Source of the DNA: Octopus sinensis | Taxonomy: Eukaryota | Reading direction: 5' to 3' | DNA length: 64,000 nt | NCBI RefSeq assembly: GCF_006345805.1 | Contig: NC_043005.1 | Span: 83,762,001 to 83,826,000, forward strand | Part shown: piece by piece, positions 37,774 through 51,965 of the stretch | Numbering within the stretch: position 1 is the stretch's first letter | Layout: each line of letters begins with the position of its first letter | Notes under the pieces: generated by a model | What the model saw: the letters and a program-made list of their open reading frames with translations, nothing else | Told to the model about the DNA's origin: nothing | Databases searched by the model: none | Position numbers and translations under genes: made by a program

Positions 37774-38939
37774 CTATTTCTTATGCAACTCATTGACCTC
37801 CTGCACCACTAGGTGTGTATTACCTGGTTTGTTACGGTTGAAATAGCATTGATGTTATTCCTTTTATATCGAGTTACTCAAATGGAATTTTTTTTAATGT
37901 AAAAACAACGAAGAGCAATAAATCACATCCGCTACCAATACTGTACACGTTGTGTTCAAAATAGTGAAGTTATGAAAAATTACTTCGATTCTCGTTGAAT
38001 TATTGAACACCAACAGCATTTATTTCCCTGGCAATACTCTTTTTCATCATCATCATCATCATCAACATCATTTTCATCATCATCATCATCCTTTAATGTC
38101 CATGTCCCATGCTCACATTGTATTCAAAGGATAGGAACATTAAGTATGATTAATGGAGTCCTTTATTAGTTACGCACCATCGTACAATACTGGTAGTTTT
38201 AAACGTGATCTTTGCCTTGAGGTATTATATAATTACTTTTAAATAAATATCATTGAATTATAAAGGTAATTTACAATGAAATGTTCTCACAAATATAGAA
38301 AAGCATTTAAATACTTCCATTCTAAATAACTCATTAATTGTAATTGCTTTTCACATAATATGATACGCATATTTTTTTTCTAATATGTTAAGCATATTTT
38401 ATAGATAGGTAACTAATTGTTGTGACGTAGGATTTTTATGGGGTACTGAAAAGTTCTTGGCTCTGGGTAAATGAAAACACATAAGAATCAGTTAATTGTG
38501 ATGTTATTCAACATATTCCTCCCTCACATTCACACACATATTGCAGCGGTCCTTAATTTTTTTAAACCCTGTAAAAAGAAATCGAAATGTTGGGCCTCCA
38601 ACCAGCGTTTGTAGCAGTGATCACATCCGAATTGGAGTGAATTTTCTTCCCTTGAGGACATTCTTCAGTTGGGGAAGAAGGTGGTAGTCGGAGGGGGCCA
38701 AGCCAGGAGAGCAAGGAGAATGGACTACCTATTCGAAACAAAGTCGCATGTTTTCTGTAGTTTCATGTGTTGTGTGTGCTGGTGCATTGTCCTGCAAAAG
38801 CAGGATATTGCGGCTCAGCTTTCCACGGTGTTTCTGTTTCAAATTTTCCTGTAGTTCGTCCAACAGAGACATGTAGTATTCTGCAGTAGATTTGAAAAAT
38901 TAGAATGTATAAATATTTTTTATTTCATCCCGTAAAGAT

Positions 38940-39720
38940 TGTCATGAACCTTCAAAATGAACATTGCTGCATCTCTTCTGAAACTACTGCAAAACTTGTT
39001 TTAGCTGCTCTGCATCAATTTTTTTAGTACTCGTACACCTGCACTACGAATCTTCTTCCAGACCCTGAACTTGAAATTGCCCCTAACCATTTTGTGACCA
39101 GTATCACAATCAGCACCTCGCAATACTCTGAGACTGCACAATTCTTGTAAGTCAGCTTTCCGAGTTAATACAAAATCAGTCATGTGACCTTGCTTTGACC
39201 TTGGTAACTTTATGTTTCATCTTATGATGAACGAAAGTATTACCAATAATGAAACCTAGCTCAGAGCACATTTGTAGCAGATGCAACCCGTTTTTGTCCA
39301 CCTTTCCTATTCCATAACGCCCAAATACATTGCAAGCACCATAGTCTCTACCAAGACGTGCAATAAAAATCACCAGTTCAACCAACTTCTCATTCAAAGG
39401 GACTGACAGATACTTCTTCTAAGCTCCTCATAAAATGCATGGATATTTTCCTCCTAGTTGAAAGTGTAGGAGCACAAATAGAGAAAGCAGTTACAAAACG
39501 TCCACAAGAAGAGGGAACCGGAGTTTCATTACGCTTTGTGTTTGTTTTAGGTCTTTGAAACAAATCACTTCTAATTGCAAACCCAACACCACCTTCCCTT
39601 TTCTCTCCCTTCGGCTTCGCAACCCAGAATAATGTGAAACCCGCAGCTCTTTCAACAGGATGAATAATGATCCGCAATGCATCAATCTCATCAGGGAGGA
39701 TATAAACAGCAGCGCTCATC
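38940..39720 (-). mobile_element. RTE-like LINE endonuclease remnant
   Basis: GVGFAIRSDL and GRYGIGKVDKNGLHLLQMCSELGFIIGNTF. Confidence 0.75.
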
Positions 39721-40944
39721 ACATAGACATTTCAACAGATATAAGAAATCACACAAAATGTGACATATATGTATATATACATACCCGCACACACACACAC
39801 ATGTATATGTATATATATATATATCTATACATACACACACGCACACACACATATATATATATATATATATGTATATAGGAAATACAAGGAGGAAATGGAG
39901 TGTGGTATTACGTGACGTACCCAAGAATGTAGAACAGAGAAGAAGATAGTCAAATTTAATCAAATAGTAAGAGTGAAAGTATCATCCTACATATACGCAG
40001 AGGATATGAAGGCGATAGTGATGGAAAAGGAAAATGACAAGAAACTGGAAGAAATGTGTGGAGATAGTATTGACCCACCAGGAGTGGATCTAATAGAAAT
40101 TGAACCATTGATGAAGTACTATTAAAAAGAAAATACGTATGTTAAATTGAGAGAAAAAACGAAAAGAAAAAAGAAAAAGGGTAAAAAAGGTAAAGAAAAA
40201 GAAAGAGTAAAGTGTTTTATGTTATGTTTAAAAAAAGTAGTGAAAAATCGAAGACCAATTGTAGATAATGTATATAACGGTTCAAATGGGAGTGGGGCCC
40301 ATGCGACCATTTTCGTTTTTCATTTTTATATAATTCACCTCATTTACATTCGTTTATGTTTTTTGTCCCCACTGTGGTCTTGTCTGTCCTTGTGGTGTCC
40401 CGTCTGTTTTGGGGCTTTATACCTAATAAAGAAATCCACCAATTGAATGTCACCATGTAGTGCCTTGGGCGTTGGTATTATGTTTACGTGGGTTATGCTG
40501 AAATAATTATTGACTTGTTATTCGAATTGTTGCCATTGTTGTTCAAATTGGTCTTGTCTGTCCTTGTGGTGTCCCCTCTGTGTTTGGGGCTTTATGCCTA
40601 ATAAAGAAATTTGTCACCATGTAGTGCCTTACTGGATTTTACCTGGAGAAAGGAACCCTGAGGAAGGAAACGTTTTTACAGAGTGAGGTGAATTTGGACT
40701 ATTTCCTACAAGCCGTTAAAACTTTTGTGAAACGGGTGCAGGCTTGGACTAATACTTTCAATCGTTTGTCTTAATTTATTTTCTAGCTTCATAATACCCG
40801 TTATGTATTTTAGGTTTTTATGTTTATCTTGTTATATTCCTTATTTATGTTAATATTTCTATATTGTTATCCTGAAACTCCTAATATATATATGTGGATA
40901 TTGGAATTCTGAACTTGCTTGCGTGAATGTTTTACTCTCTTTAC

Positions 40945-41340
40945 TCTTTTACTATTTTACTTGTTTCAGTCATTTGACTGTGGCCATGCTGGAACAACGC
41001 CTTTAGCCAAGCAAATCGACCCCAGGACTTATTCTATGTAAGCCTAGTACTTATTTTATCGGTCTCTTTTGCTGAACCGCTAATTTACGGGGATGTAAAC
41101 ACACCAGCATCGGTTGTCAAGCGATGTTGTGGGGACAAACACAGGCACACAAACATACACATACATATGTATATATGCATATATACGACAGGCTTCTTTC
41201 AGTTTCCGTCTACCAAATCCACTCACAAGGCTTTGGTCAGCCCGAGGCTATAGTAGAAGATACTTGCCCAAGGTGCCACGCAGTAGGACTGAACCCAGAA
41301 CCATGTGGTTTGTAAGCAAGCTACTTACCACACAGCCACT
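40945..41340 (-). mobile_element. SINE family A
   Basis: Reverse complement of family A. Confidence 0.85.
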
Positions 41341-41897
41341 TCTACGCCTACGAAAACTATCTGAAATTTTTATCGTATAGCAAATTTTATTAATCGTTAA
41401 CTCATATACGGGCGAAAAAACAGTTGTACTATATAGTGGAGCTTTACCTCCATTAAAATTCTCGTATTATACATACATTCATACACATAGCAATTTTTAT
41501 TCTAGTAGGTTTCAAGTTTATATCTCATTTTCTCATGCCTAAGATATTTATTTTTTCTGTATTCTGTTTTTTATATATCTGTTTATTTTCAAGCTTTATA
41601 TTTGTATCTATCATTTATTTTAACGGAAACATATCAGGGATTTTGTCCAGTTCTGGAAAAATCATATTACGATCCTTGTACGGAGAAAGGATGAAACGAC
41701 CTCATGACCTTTTTGTCGGGTATTCTTTTGTGTTTGTAATGGATGGCGTCATGCGCAATAGTTTTTGCGACAGCTGAAGAAGTGCTATGATTATGGTACC
41801 TTTTAGAGAGAAACTTGAAGCCATGAATGTAAGCAACGACATTATGTAAAATTTCTAACTGAATTTCTTTCTTTGGTCTCTTTTAGCAACTGAGCTG

Positions 41898-42309
41898 GGA
41901 TCTGTTCAGTTTGAACCGCAGTTTTTAGAAATAATTTCCACGTAACTAAACACTTTTAAACTTCGTATAGTGGTAGAATGTGTTTATAAAACATCTTTTT
42001 CTCTTGGCTTTATTGAGAAAATTCTATTGTTTGTAAGATATTTGTTTTTTTTTTGTCTTCAATTTCTGCAATTTCAACCAATCAATGACGTCTATTGAGG
42101 TGAAAACATTCTGTGCCGTATGAATATGTCTCTCGTTTAAGAAACAGATTGGGTTTATTTACAGTTCTGAAGAAAAAAAGATACCCTTCCCCCTAACCCT
42201 AACCCTAAAACAGATTGAAATGCAATAAATCGATACTAGGGTTATAATTATGGGTGACAATTTCATATGGCACCGCTAGAAAAAACTGCCGTTCAAACCG
42301 AAAAGATCC
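41898..42309. mobile_element. MITE with about 29-bp TIRs and 8-bp TSD
   Basis: GGATCTGTTCAGTTTGAACCGCAGTTTTT / AAAAACTGCCGTTCAAACCGAAAAGATCC; flanks CTGAGCTG and TTGAGCTG. Confidence 0.8.
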
Positions 42310-43279
42310 TTGAGCTGAGCTTCTAGCTCTTATTTCTGTCAGGTTGATGCTTTTCTGCATTCTTACACTCCGTGCTTATATATATATATGTGTGTGTGTG
42401 CGTGTGATATATACATATTTGAAGGCGCGTGGCTTAGTGGTTAGGAGTATTCAGCTCACGATCGTAAAGTCGTGAGTTCGATTTCTGGCGGCATGTTCTG
42501 CCCTTGACCAAGAGACGATACTTCACATAACTCTAGTTCACTCAGCTGGCAATATTGTATGAGTTGTACCTGTATTTCAAAAGGTCATCCTAGTCCCATT
42601 CTGTGTCATGCTTAATCTCTCCGGGAATTGCATGAAGGGAATGCATGTCTGTGGAGTGCTCAGCCACTTGCACATTAATCTCCCGAGCAGGCTGTTCCGT
42701 TGATCAGGTCAACTGGAACCCTCGTCGTCGTAACCGACGGAGTGCCAATATTAGTAGTATTATACATAATATATATAAATGTAAATTGCATGGCATTGTG
42801 TGCATATGGAAATATCAAAATAGAAATCTACGAAAAGTTCTAGGCTTACAAAGAATATAACGTTTTTTTTATATTTCAAAATGAAATCTGGATCATTTAG
42901 TAAGGGAGGTAACTATCTTTATAATAAACGTACAAAACTAGCTAATATTTTTTTGTTTTATTTTGCCGAACAAATCGACCTCGGGACTTATTCTTTGTAA
43001 GCCTTGTACTTATTCTACAGGTCACTTTTGCTGAACCGTTAAGTTTCGGGAACGTAAACACACCAACATCGATTGTCAAGCGATGGGGGGGGGGGACACA
43101 AACACAGACACACAAATACATACATACATACATACATACATACATGCATACATACATACATACATACATACGTACATACATGCATGGTGGCTGCCCCCTC
43201 GTTATCGAGTATGGCCATTGCACGAAGCTTAATCAATTTTGTTATCGTGCAATGGCTGTGAAAGAAGATTTTTTTTAAA

Positions 43280-44780
43280 GTGAGGAAAGGCTGTGCACTG
43301 AGTCAATCCCACTCACTAAGCACCAGCAGCCATAATCCGAAAAGAAGAACAAGTCAACATCATCGGTAACCACTGAGCCGCAGGTTTTATGTCGGAGTTA
43401 TCCCAGTTACCTGAGTTACCTTCTCCTAGAATGATGCCCAAACAAAGGTTAGGAGTCCTTCACTCCCAATGGTTTAACCGCGCAATCGGGTATTCAGTCC
43501 GATTATTTCTCTGTCCCTGCGCATGATACAGCCTTAAGACATTTATTGGATGGCCATTGACTCTCAAGTGTTCCTCCGCCCTTTGTTGGGTCTTTATTGT
43601 TAATATTATGTTATTATACGACGGATATACGCCACATCAAAGGGACGATCAACTTAGCAGCCGATGCACTTTCACGCACGCAGATCAATGCTATCAACGC
43701 CACGGCTACAATTGATCTGGCACGTATAGCAGCTGACCGGGAGAATGACGAAGAACTTCTAAAGTTCTGGAATTCCTCATCTCTGAAATTTCAGCATGTT
43801 CCGCTACCATCATCCGCGGCCCATATTTGGTGTGATATCTCCACTGGTCACCAACGCCCCTATATACCACAGAAACATCGTTGAGAAGTTTTCTCCGTTC
43901 TGCATTCACTGTCACATCATAGTATTCGCTCCACTCAAAAGCTGATAGCGACCCGTTTTGTGTGGACCAGTATCAACAAGGATATCAGAGAATGGACCAA
44001 GTGCTGTGTCATGTGCCAAAAAGCGAAAATCTACTGGCACATAAAATCACCAATCGGTTCCTTTTCGTAACCCAATGCACGATTCCAGCACGTTTACATT
44101 GACATCGTGGGACCTCTGCCACCTTTGCAGAATTATACACATTTGCTTACCTGCGTGGATTGTTTTTCGCGGTAGCCCGAAGCTTAGCCCTTATCTGATA
44201 CATCGGCAGAAATGGTCGCCAAAACATTGATATCACAATGGGTTTCGTGTTTTGGCACACCCGCAACAATCACTACTGACAGAGGACATCAGTTCGATTC
44301 CCACCTCTTCACCGAGCAGCCTCGTCTCCTCGGGTGTAAACACACCCGCACTACGGCTTACCACCCTGCAGCAAATGGCATGGTCAAACGTTTTCACTGC
44401 CACCTCAAGGCATCTATAAAAGCATCTTCAGACAGTTCTCACTGGCTAGAACATCTCCCTCTCATCCTCCTTGGTATTCGATCCACGGTTAAGGAGGAAC
44501 TTGGATATACTCCAGCCAAACTTGTCTATTGCATCTATTGAACTTCATCTGCCAATTCTGACTCTGCAACTCAGCTTGTTCATGTTCATCTAGCTGCTTG
44601 CTATAATATAAAGGACAGAAAGGCAATAATAATAATAATAATAATAATAATAATTTATTTCTTTATTGCCCACCGGGAGCTAAACATAGAGGGGACAAAC
44701 AAAGACAGACAAAGGGATTAAGTCAATTACATCGACCCCAGTCTATTGCACATCACTCACCTTACCTGGGCAGAGAGTAA
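43280..44780 (+). mobile_element. Gypsy/Ty3 LTR retrotransposon RNaseH-integrase remnant
   Basis: HIKGTINLAADALSR, HHCC zinc finger (HSLSH..C..C), IDIVGPLP, ITTDRGHQF and TTAYHPAANGMVKRFH. Confidence 0.92.
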
Positions 44781-44934
44781 AAAAAATAGAAATAAAAATA
44801 AAAAAGTAAACAAAGAAAATAAAGGCAGGGAAAAGTGAGAGAAAATTCACAGCTTCAATGCTCTTCTCTTTTGCACTTCCTGTATGGATGGTAAGCCAGA
44901 GATCATTGTTAAATTATTATTATCATTAATAAGT

Positions 44935-45152
44935 GGCAAGCTGGTAGAATTGTTAGCACGCTGGGTGAAATGTTAAGCAGTATTTCATCTGCTGTTATGT
45001 TCTGAGTTCAAATTCTACCGAGGTTGACTTTGATTTTCATCCTTTCAGGGTCGATTAACTAAGTACCAGTTTCGCACTGGGGTCGATGTAATTGACTTAA
45101 TCCCTTTGTTTGTCCCCTCTATGTTTAGCCCCCAGTGGGCAATAAAGAAATA
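44935..45152 (+). mobile_element. SINE family B (other copies at 1345-1512 minus and 48119-48330 plus)
   Basis: Same head, B-box and tail. Confidence 0.8.
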
Positions 45153-45624
45153 AATTATTATTATTATTATTATTATTGCCTTTCTGTCCTTTATATTATA
45201 GCAAGCAGCTAGATGAACATGAACAAGCTGAGTTGCAGAGTCAGAATTGGCAGATGAAGTTCAATGATCTTGTAACAAAGACCAACAGCATCCTTGGAGA
45301 CCAGGGATGGTTCTCTGATATATTATGATAATTTGGAACCATTCTATGCCAAGGTACTTTTTAAAAAATTTTTGTTGCACCTGTTTTTGCTTCGTAACTT
45401 ATCTGTTATTTTGGACATTGATGTAACACCTGGATACAGGTGTGGCTGTGTAGTTGGAAAATTTACGTTTGAAATTATGTTGTTCCACTTTCAATCTGGG
45501 TGTGCAGCACCTCAGACGTGTGTCTTCCACCATAGTCTATGGTCAACCAAAGTTTTCATATTTTAAGCTCAAACCTGGCCCAGGTCATCTTTGCCTTCTG
45601 TCAATCCAGTCAATAAAAACACCT

Positions 45625-46028
45625 CTTTTACTCTTTTACTTGTTTCAGTTATTTGACTGTGGCCATGCTGGAGCACTACCTTTAGTCGAGCAAATCGACC
45701 CCAGGGCTTATTCTTTGTAAGCCTAGTACTTATTCTATCAGTCTCTTTCACCGAACCACTAAGTTACGGGGATGTAAACACACCAGCATCAGTTGTCAAG
45801 TGATGTTGGGGGGACAAACACAGACACACAAACACACACACACACATATATACATATACATATATACGACGAGCGTCTTTCAGTTACTGTTTACCAAATC
45901 CACTCACAAGGTTTTGGTCGACCTGAGGCTATAGCAGAAGATACTTGTCCAAGGTGCCATGCAATGGGACTGAACCTGGAACCATGTGGTTGGTAAGCAA
46001 GCTACTTACCACACAGTGACTCCTGCAC
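45625..46028 (-). mobile_element. SINE family A
   Basis: Reverse complement of family A. Confidence 0.85.
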
Positions 46029-46059
46029 CTGTTCAATTTACTTGTGCATATTCCTCAAA

Positions 46060-47270
46060 GTCCCAATATGTGTGCCCTTGGATATATTAGAGATTGTTAT
46101 TGTTGAGAGCAGAAGCATGGGAGATTCATTGGGGAATTGGATAATATTTTAACATATTTGCTTCAGCACTTTACAATCTGGATTCATATTCCACCAAGGT
46201 CAACTTTACATCACAATTTTCTCTGTGACATTACAATTTTCTTACACACACTGCCTTGCATTCCGAAATACCTCAGTTCTTTGGTCCTCACGTCACTGGA
46301 CATTGGCAAACTTCTTTTCCACTTCACTCTTGGCTATGTATACCTGCCACCCAGCCTCCCTTTTGGCTACCTGGTACAGTTCCCTGCTACCCCCACCCTT
46401 CCAGGCTTTCCAAGCCTGTTTCTTTGCTCTAATGGCTTTGTCTACCATACTATTCTACCACCACATAACTCTAGGTCTGGAAGGGACTTTGCATAAACCA
46501 CAGATTTAGTCTGTGGTACTTAGCAAGCTGTCACGTAGGAATTTCCAGCTACCTTCTATGTCCAATGTCTGTAGCTCCTCCTCCCTCTCCTGAAATTTCT
46601 TGATGAGGATGTCCCTAAATCTCTGACTATGTGAAGGGTTCTTTAGCTTATAAATCCTTTTTGGGATTGGTCTGCTTCTTGGTATCCTTCAGGCCTCCAG
46701 CCTAAAGTCACTAATGACTAGCCTATACTGGGAGGTACATTCTTCATTCGGGAGGGTCTTTGTATTTAAAAGCAACCCTGTGTCCCGCTGTGTGGTGAGG
46801 ATGAAATCAATCTGGATAGCAGAGTCCCCTGATTGAATGGTTATCAGATGGCTGTCTGGCTTCCTGAAGTTAGTGTTGCAGATTAAAAGGTTACAAGCAT
46901 CACAGAACTCCAGTAGCCTAGTTCCCTCATTGTTCCAGGTGCCAATACCATGGCCACCATGTACCCCACTGAAGATACCAGATTCCTGCCCGACATGCCC
47001 ATTAAAATCTCCAGCCACAAAGATGAGGTCATTGCCACTCGTCTTTGAGGTAGCCTGTAGAAGGTTATCATAAAAGTGGTCCTTCTGATCATTTGGTAGC
47101 CCCGCATGTGGGGTGTAGGCAGAGATAATTGTAGCCGTGCTGTTCTGCAGGACTAGCCTGAGCTTAAGCACTCTATCGTATACCCTAACAACCTCTATGA
47201 TTTTATCCACCCATTTCTCTGCAAGGAGTATGCCTACATCCCCTACGCCATCCATGTCACCTTGCCAGAA
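46060..47270 (-). mobile_element. RTE-clade LINE, AP-endonuclease region
   Basis: GVGILLAEKW, IISAYTP, VAGDFNGHVG, NEGTRLLEFC and QIDFIL. Confidence 0.92.
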
Positions 47271-48339
47271 GACTTTATACCTTTATATATATATATATAT
47301 ATAGTAAATCCAAACATGAAAATGCAATAACACAAGGATGTGGAACAAATATAGTGTTATTGGACGCTCAGGAAAGGAAAGAAAGAAGGAGGATTTAATG
47401 TTTTGAGCGAAGCTCTTCGTCAGAAACATAGAAAAAAGAAAACTCCAAGGAAGGGAAGACGGAGGAAAAAAATCGTCAACGATACACACGCGATCATATA
47501 TTGAATATATGTATATGTTTGTGTGTCTGTGTTTTTCCACCCACCATTGCTTGACAAAAGATGTTGGTATATTTATGTCCCCGTAACTTAGCAATTTGAC
47601 AAAAGAAACTGATAGAATAAGCACTAGACTTACAAAGAATAAGTTCTGGGGTTGATTTTTTCAACTAAAGGCTGTTCTCCAGGCTTGCCACAGTCAAATG
47701 ATTGAAACAAGTAAAAGAGTAAAAGAATTAATTTATATTCCAGACACAAGCTTAATAACAACGAATTTATTTCATTAAATTCCTCATTATTTTCAAAATT
47801 AAAGGCAGCATATTTCAACAGAAAATGTTTAACAAACGGGCTAATGACATTAAATGGATGAGGGATAAATCTGTTCCTGGATAAGAACACAGGCTGCACT
47901 ATAATTAATTCTGTGTAATCTGATACCTAATCTCAACAATTAGAAGAACTGAGACAGGTTGACTGAATAATATTCACCAAAACGTTTCTAAAGAGATTTG
48001 AACTTCTGACCCACATATTTCCAGTGGAATGCATAACTGTGGGTCTGGTGATTTATATCAACTTGACTGATTCACTCGATCCCATGTAAAATATAGGTAA
48101 ACATGGAATCTCCTATTAGGGCGGTGAACTGGCAGAATTGTTAGCATGCCAGATGAAATGCTTAGCAGTAATTTATTTGTCTTTACGTTCTGAGTTCAAA
48201 TTCTGTTGAGGTTGACTTTGTCTTTCACCTTTCAGGGTTGATAATATAAGTACAGTTGAACACTGTGGCTGATGTAATCAACTCATCTCCTGTCCTGAAA
48301 TTGCTGGCTTTCAGACGAAATTTGAAACCAATTCTTTTA

Positions 48340-48700
48340 TTCTTTTAGTTATTCCAATCATTTAACTGTGGCCATGCTGGAACACCGCCTTTAGTCGAGT
48401 AAATCAACCCTAGGACTTATTCTATCGGTCTCTATTGCTGAACTACTAAGCTACAGGGATGTAAACACACCAACATCGGTTGTCAAGTGATATTGGTGGG
48501 ACAAACACAGACACAAACACACATACACACACACACATACGACGGGCTTCTTTCAGTTTCCGTCTACCAAATCCACTCACAAGGTTTTGATCAGCCTGAG
48601 GCTATAGCAGAAGACATTTGCTCAAGGTGCCACGCGGTGGGACTGAACCTCAAACCATATGGTTGAGAAGCAAGCTACTTACCACACAGCCACTCCTGCA
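48340..48700 (-). mobile_element. SINE family A
   Basis: Reverse complement of family A. Confidence 0.85.
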
Positions 48701-49439
48701 CCTAGAAAAACAAAGCCAAAACCCATTTTCCATTATAGATAATTATGTAACTATTTTTATTTTGTTATAGAATTGTACATGACAAAACTCAAAACGTTCA
48801 TGTTACTAAATTTTTTGAAATTTTTCATAAAAGAGAGAATGTTTCACACTGTGGACAAAAGCAGCATCTGCATTCAAATCTGAAACCACCCATTGGTAAA
48901 GTTTTTAAAATGCTATCTGCAAAACGAGCAAAGTGAATGAATAAATAAAAAGAAATAATAAAAAAAACAGTTTTAAGACTGAAACGGTAATTTAATCTAC
49001 TTCTCAGTAAAATTAAAGATTCATTATTATTCTTCTCAGCACAGATGTTCTGTTACTCGCTTCACCAGGTTCTTATGTACTCAAAATTCACCCACTGGTA
49101 TTAAAAGAGGTTCCCCTACCCATTTCTTTATAGAATATGATGCCATTAAGAAACCAAACAAAAATGTTATGTAACAGGATATATTTGTGTTATTCACTGG
49201 ATAAATTGACTCCTCCCTGAGATAATTGTTACAGACATAGCAGACAGTCTCAGATGTTGACAAGAAATTTTAACTCTGAGCTGCAGAAATTGGCCAATAA
49301 CTGATCCTTTTTTTAAACAGAAATAAAGGTGAATACATCCTTACCATATCTCTGTTGAAATACACTGACTTTGTTTCAATTAATTTTGAGAATAACGAAG
49401 ATGTTTTTAAATTAATGTTAATCATTATTAATCTCTGGC

Positions 49440-49800
49440 ATCCGTTGCTAGTGGAACTCTAAGAGTACCATACGAGTGAGATTGTTGCCAGAGCAACAAG
49501 CTGGCCTTCGTGCCGATGGCACGTTAAGCACACCATTCGAGAGCTGGACTGGCTCCTGTGTAGGTGGCACATAAAAAGCACCATTTGGGCGTGGTCGTTG
49601 CCAGTACCACCAAACTGGCCCTCGTGCCGGTGGCACATAAAAGCACCCAATACATTCTTAAGAGTGGTTGGTGTTAGGAAGGGCATCCAGCTGTAGAAAC
49701 TCTGCCAGATCAGATTGGAGTCTGGTTCGCCAGACCTCAGTCAAACCGTCCACCCCATGCTAGCAGGGAAAGCGGACATTAAATGATGATGATGATGATG
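49440..49800 (+). mobile_element. RTE 3'-tail-type repeat with internal palindromic subrepeats (also about 845-1140 minus, 49955-50190 plus, 52790-52900 plus, 53905-54480 minus)
   Basis: GTGCC(G/A)GTGGCAC..AAAAGCACC units, GTTAGGAAGGGCATCCAGC and a (GAT)n tail. Confidence 0.65.
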
Positions 49801-50577
49801 AATCTGGTGTTTGGAACATAAATCCACATGAAATTTTGAGGAAAGGTTTCCATTTAGATAACTTTAACCCTTGTCATACCATATATCTGTTGAATTACAA
49901 TGCATTTCTTTCAATTGATTTTGAAATTAGTGAAGAATTTAGTAAAATAACTTCCGTGCCGGTGGCACGTAAAGAGCACCATCCAATCGTGTCTGTTGCC
50001 AGCCTCCTCTGGCCCGTGCTGGTGGCACGTAAAAAGCACCCACTACACTCTTTGAGTGGTTGGTGTTAGGAAGGGCAGCCAGCTGTAGAAACACTGCCAG
50101 ATCAGACTGGAGCCTGGTGCAATCTCCTGGTTTCCCAGACCCCGCATGGAAAACAGATGTTAAACGGTGATGGTGGTGGTGGTGGTGGTGCTGCTGCTGT
50201 TTGGAAGAGAAATTACAGTGTAAGCTCAGTTGATGGTTTTTAATTTAAATCATTTTTAAAACAGAAGTTTGTGTCATGGAACCAGGCATGGTCTCAGGCT
50301 GGTTGGAACCAAAAGGGTTAATTATATAGTTACAGAACTCCAACACCTCAAGCAATTAAAGTTGAAATCTTCAAAGTATTGAATGTGCTAATTAGAGTTA
50401 CAAAATACCCCACAGCCTCACTTCCAATCACTGTGTCATTAGAGAAGCTTTTTTTAAAAAAAATCCATCAATTAGGAACGTTCAGTCATGTTTTGCTCTA
50501 CCGACTGACAGAATGTTTTCTTAGAATAGAATTCAGTTGTTTAGGTCTCATAACAAAATCTTGTCTAGTTTTTATAC

Positions 50578-50985
50578 AGGCTGTTTGGTAAGTAGCTTGC
50601 TTACCAACCACATGGTTCCGCGTTCAGTCCCTCTGCGTGGCACCTTGGGCGAGTGTCTTCTACTATAGCCTCCGACCAGCCAAAGTGTGAGTGGATTTGG
50701 TAGACGGAAACTGAAAGAAGCCCGTCGTATATATGTATATATATATATATGTGTGTGTGTATGTGTCTTTGCGTGTCTGTGCTTGTTCATCCCCCAACAT
50801 CGCTTGACAACCGATGCTGGTGTGTTTACGTCCCCGTAACTTAGCGGTTCGGCAAAGAGCCCCATAGAATAAGTACTAGGCTTACAAAGAATAAGTCCTG
50901 GGGTCGATTTCCTCGACTAAAGGCGGTGCTCCAGCATGGCCACAGTCAAATGACTGAAACAAGTAAAAAGAAAAAATAATGAAAA
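50578..50985 (+). mobile_element. SINE family A
   Basis: Same head, body and tail. Confidence 0.85.
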
Positions 50986-51929
50986 AAAAGAAGACAACAC
51001 TGTCCTCTTCGATGTAACTTTTCAAGTAGTTTATACTGGAGAAATATATGCGGTGGGATTGAACCTGGGACCCCTTTGATTGCAAAACAAGCTTCTTAAC
51101 CACTCGGTTATATCTATGTCAGCCCTAATTAACCAACTGAATGATGCAGGACAACTTAATTATCATGACTCACACTTTTACTCTCCACAAACTTCCTCTA
51201 AAAACGACACATTCTTGTCTATATTTCTCTTTTTCTCTTTTTCCCCTTTCTTTCTTTTCCTCTCATTCTTACTTTCTTCCCTCATTTCTTTCTTCCTTTC
51301 CTTCCTTCTCTCATCATAAATTATATACAATTGACGTTTGCTGTTTCTATTATTTAATTTTGTTTTTATTGTTTTCTTTTTCTCTTACCAACTCTGAACC
51401 CACCACCACATATTTTTTGTGTACTTTTGGGCCTTCTTTCCTTTTTTGTTGTTTTTCTAAATATATTTATTTCATTTTTTTACAAAAAAAAAAAAAAAGC
51501 AAAGAAAATGTTGTTGCAAGTAGAGAGGATAAAATTTCTGCATTGTAATGTTTATATATTTAGTTGATACAGTGTGTGTGTGTGGTGTGTGTCTGTGCGG
51601 GCATGTGCACGCGTGTGTATGGTTATGCATTTATATATGCATATGCATGGACCAACATATATATGTATGTATATTAGTATCTGAATGTATGTACATATAT
51701 ATGTGTACATGTACACACACACATACAGACACACAAACATGCACATGCACACACATACACATACACACACATATACATCTTCCTCTCTATGTATATATAT
51801 ATATATGTATATATATAATATAAATAATATATATATTATTTAGTATATTATATATATAATATAAATAATATATATATATATATGTATATGTGTGTGTGTG
51901 TATATATATATATAATATATATATGTATA

Positions 51930-51965
<36 letters not shown>

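Noticed and set aside
40685-40760. GEFGLF motif as a possible SLC22 first exon
   Set aside because: A stop follows within a few codons; no upstream ATG context and no TM1.
41620-41830. Non-repeat-looking segment considered for a missing SLC22 exon
   Set aside because: No frame shows SLC22 motifs.
42191-42208. (CCCTAA)3 as an interstitial telomere
   Set aside because: Only three units, and internal to a MITE.
49440-49660. Palindromic roughly 25-bp repeats with 30-40 bp spacers, CRISPR-like (also 54050-54220)
   Set aside because: Eukaryotic context, no cas genes, degenerate units with mutually similar spacers; part of a dispersed RTE-tail repeat.
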